Of a stretch of DNA of 64,000 bases, positions 62,168-64,000 are shown in pieces. Below the pieces are notes generated by a model, which worked only from the letters and a program-made list of their open reading frames with translations, did not search any database and was not told the origin of the DNA. Made by a program: the position numbers and the translations under genes. This DNA comes from Burkholderiales bacterium (GTDB lineage Bacteria > Pseudomonadota > Gammaproteobacteria > Burkholderiales > SG8-39), in contig DATJXO010000043.1 in NCBI GenBank assembly GCA_035500055.1, positions 245-64,244 of the forward strand. Direction: 5' to 3'. How positions within the stretch are numbered: position 1 is the stretch's first letter; every line of letters starts with the position of its first letter.

Positions 62168-64000
62168 TTGATCAACATCAAACTGCCCGACGGCTCGGTG
62201 AAGGGATTTCCCGGACCCGTCACCGTCGCCGAAGTGGCGGAAGCCATCGGCGCGGGACTCGCGCGCGCCGCGCTCGCCGGCAAGGTGGACGGCAAGCTGG
62301 TCGACACGAGCTTCCGCATCGAGTCGGACGCCGACGTCGCCATCGTCACCGCGAAGAGCCCCGAGGGGCTGGACATCCTGCGCCACTCGACCTCTCACCT
62401 GATGGCGCAGGCGGTGCAGGAGCTGTATCCGGGCGCGCAGGTGACGATCGGCCCGGTGATCGAGAACGGCTTCTACTACGACTTCGCCTACAAGCGCCCG
62501 TTCACGCCGGAGGATCTCGTCGCCATCGAGAAGCGCATGGCTGAGATCGTCAGGAAGGACCTGAAAGTAGAAAGAAAAGTTCTCTCGAGAGACGAAGCCG
62601 TCAAGTTCTTCAAGTCGATCGGCGAGCACTACAAGGCGCAGATCATCGCCGCGATCCCGGCGAACGAGCCGATCTCGCTCTACGGCCAGGGCGACTGGGT
62701 CGACCTGTGCCGCGGACCGCACGTGCCATCGACCGGCAAGCTCAAGGTCTTCAAGCTGATGCGCGTCGCCGGGGCCTACTGGCGCGGCGACTCGAAGAAC
62801 GAGATGCTGCAGCGGATCTACGGCACCGCCTGGGCGACGAAGGAGGAGCAGGACGCCTACCTGAAGATGCTCGAGGAGGCCGAGAGGCGCGACCACCGGC
62901 GCCTGGGCACGCAGCTCGACCTCTTCCACATGGAGGAAGAGGCGCCGGGCATGGTGTTCTGGCATCCCAAGGGCTGGATCCTGTACCAGCAGGTCGAGCA
63001 GTACATGCGCCGCGTATACCGCGACAACGGCTACCTGGAGGTGCGGGGGCCGACGATCCTGCACCGGCGCCTGTGGGAGCTCACCGGGCACTGGGAGAAC
63101 TACCGCGACAACATGTTCACCACCGAGTCGGAGAAGCGCGACTACGCGGTGAAGCCGATGAACTGCCCGGGCCACATCCTGATCTTCAACAAGGGCGTGA
63201 AAAGCTACCGCGACCTGCCGCTGCGCTACGGCGAGTTCGGCTCCTGCCACCGCAACGAGCCCTCGGGCGCGCTGCACGGCCTGATGCGGGCGCGCGGCTT
63301 CACGCAGGACGACGGCCACATCTTCTGCACCGAGGAGCAGATCCTGCCCGAGTGCGTCGCCTACACCGCGCTGCTGCAGAAGGTGTATGCGCACTTCGGC
63401 TTCACCGAGGTCATCTACAAGGTGGCGACGCGGCCGGCGAAGCGCATCGGCGAGGACGCGCAGTGGGACAAGGCGGAGGCGGCGCTGCTCGAGTCGCTGA
63501 AGCAGTCGGGCTGCGACTACGCCCTGTCGCCGGGCGAGGGCGCGTTCTACGGCCCGAAGATCGAGTACTCGCTGAAGGACGCCATCGGCCGCGTCTGGCA
63601 GTGCGGCACGATGCAGGTGGATTTCTTCATGCCCGGGCGGCTCGGTGCCGAGTATGTCGCTGCCGATAACAGCCGCAGGACGCCGGTCATGCTGCACCGG
63701 GCAACGGTGGGATCGATGGAGCGCTTCCTCGGCATCCTGATCGAGCATTACGGCGGCGCATTCCCGCTCTGGCTCGCGCCCGAGCAGGTCGCGGTGCTGA
63801 ACGTCTCGGAGCATCAGGCCGGGTACGCCGAAAGCGTCGCGCGGGCGCTGCGCGAGGCCGGTTTCCGCGCCGCCGCGGATTTGCGAAACGAGAAAATTTC
63901 TTATAAAATTCGAGAACATAGCCTGCAAAAGCTGCCCTATCAGTTGGTTGTGGGGGACAAGGAGAAGCAGGCTGGGAACGTGGCCGTGCGCACGCGCAGC
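62168..64000 (+). CDS. thrS: threonine--tRNA ligase (3' end beyond window)
   Basis: TTG 62168. (M)[23 protein letters not shown]...[14 protein letters not shown]...[12 protein letters not shown]... parallels E. coli ThrS. The frame stays open to position 64000, so it is absent from the ORF track. Confidence 0.92.
   Translation, partial: MINIKLPDGSVKGFPGPVTVAEVAEAIGAGLARAALAGKVDGKLVDTSFRIESDADVAIVTAKSPEGLDILRHSTSHLMAQAVQELYPGAQVTIGPVIENGFYYDFAYKRPFTPEDLVAIEKRMAEIVRKDLKVERKVLSRDEAVKFFKSIGEHYKAQIIAAIPANEPISLYGQGDWVDLCRGPHVPSTGKLKVFKLMRVAGAYWRGDSKNEMLQRIYGTAWATKEEQDAYLKMLEEAERRDHRRLGTQLDLFHMEEEAPGMVFWHPKGWILYQQVEQYMRRVYRDNGYLEVRGPTILHRRLWELTGHWENYRDNMFTTESEKRDYAVKPMNCPGHILIFNKGVKSYRDLPLRYGEFGSCHRNEPSGALHGLMRARGFTQDDGHIFCTEEQILPECVAYTALLQKVYAHFGFTEVIYKVATRPAKRIGEDAQWDKAEAALLESLKQSGCDYALSPGEGAFYGPKIEYSLKDAIGRVWQCGTMQVDFFMPGRLGAEYVAADNSRRTPVMLHRATVGSMERFLGILIEHYGGAFPLWLAPEQVAVLNVSEHQAGYAESVARALREAGFRAAADLRNEKISYKIREHSLQKLPYQLVVGDKEKQAGNVAVRTRS

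Overview
This is a high-GC chromosomal segment (about 70% G+C by eye, not computed). Its gene content looks betaproteobacterial, but I cannot assign a taxon without a search. I support about 65 protein-coding features, one tRNA-Val(GAC) and no rRNA, CRISPR array, transposase or integrase. Most of it is ordinary core genome. Left to right: a cytochrome c fragment, a DsrE-like protein, an NCS2 permease, an MFS transporter, a 1925-aa MshQ-like secreted protein, phosphonoacetate hydrolase, an orphan form-II CoxL-like Mo-hydroxylase subunit, an NlpC/P60 lipoprotein and a YoaA/DinG helicase. Then bamD/rluD/pgeF, a PHA block (phaC-phaA-phaB-phaB-phaR-rimO-thiolase), a Ser/Thr kinase, prfB (classical +1 frameshift) with lysS, an OmpR/HK pair, DegP, HiPIP, sodB and a recJ operon. 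Then lolCD, a Na+/H+ antiporter, comEC, dodecin, a DpgC-like dioxygenase cluster, a REC-MBL fusion, mtfA, relA, tRNA-Val and thrS, which runs off the right edge. The best candidate for something unusual is a roughly 2.1 kb low-GC islet at about 29130-31240. It starts where two truncated genes abut. It carries only short same-strand ORFs: a Zn-ribbon membrane protein, BrnT/BrnA-like toxin-antitoxin genes and small membrane proteins. These ORFs are punctuated by a structured repeat family containing RYYYAAC/GTTRRRY-type cores, so the islet resembles an integrase-less gene-cassette array. I cannot confirm that without folding or covariance-model tools. The many very long ORFs antisense to real genes in the track are high-GC artefacts.
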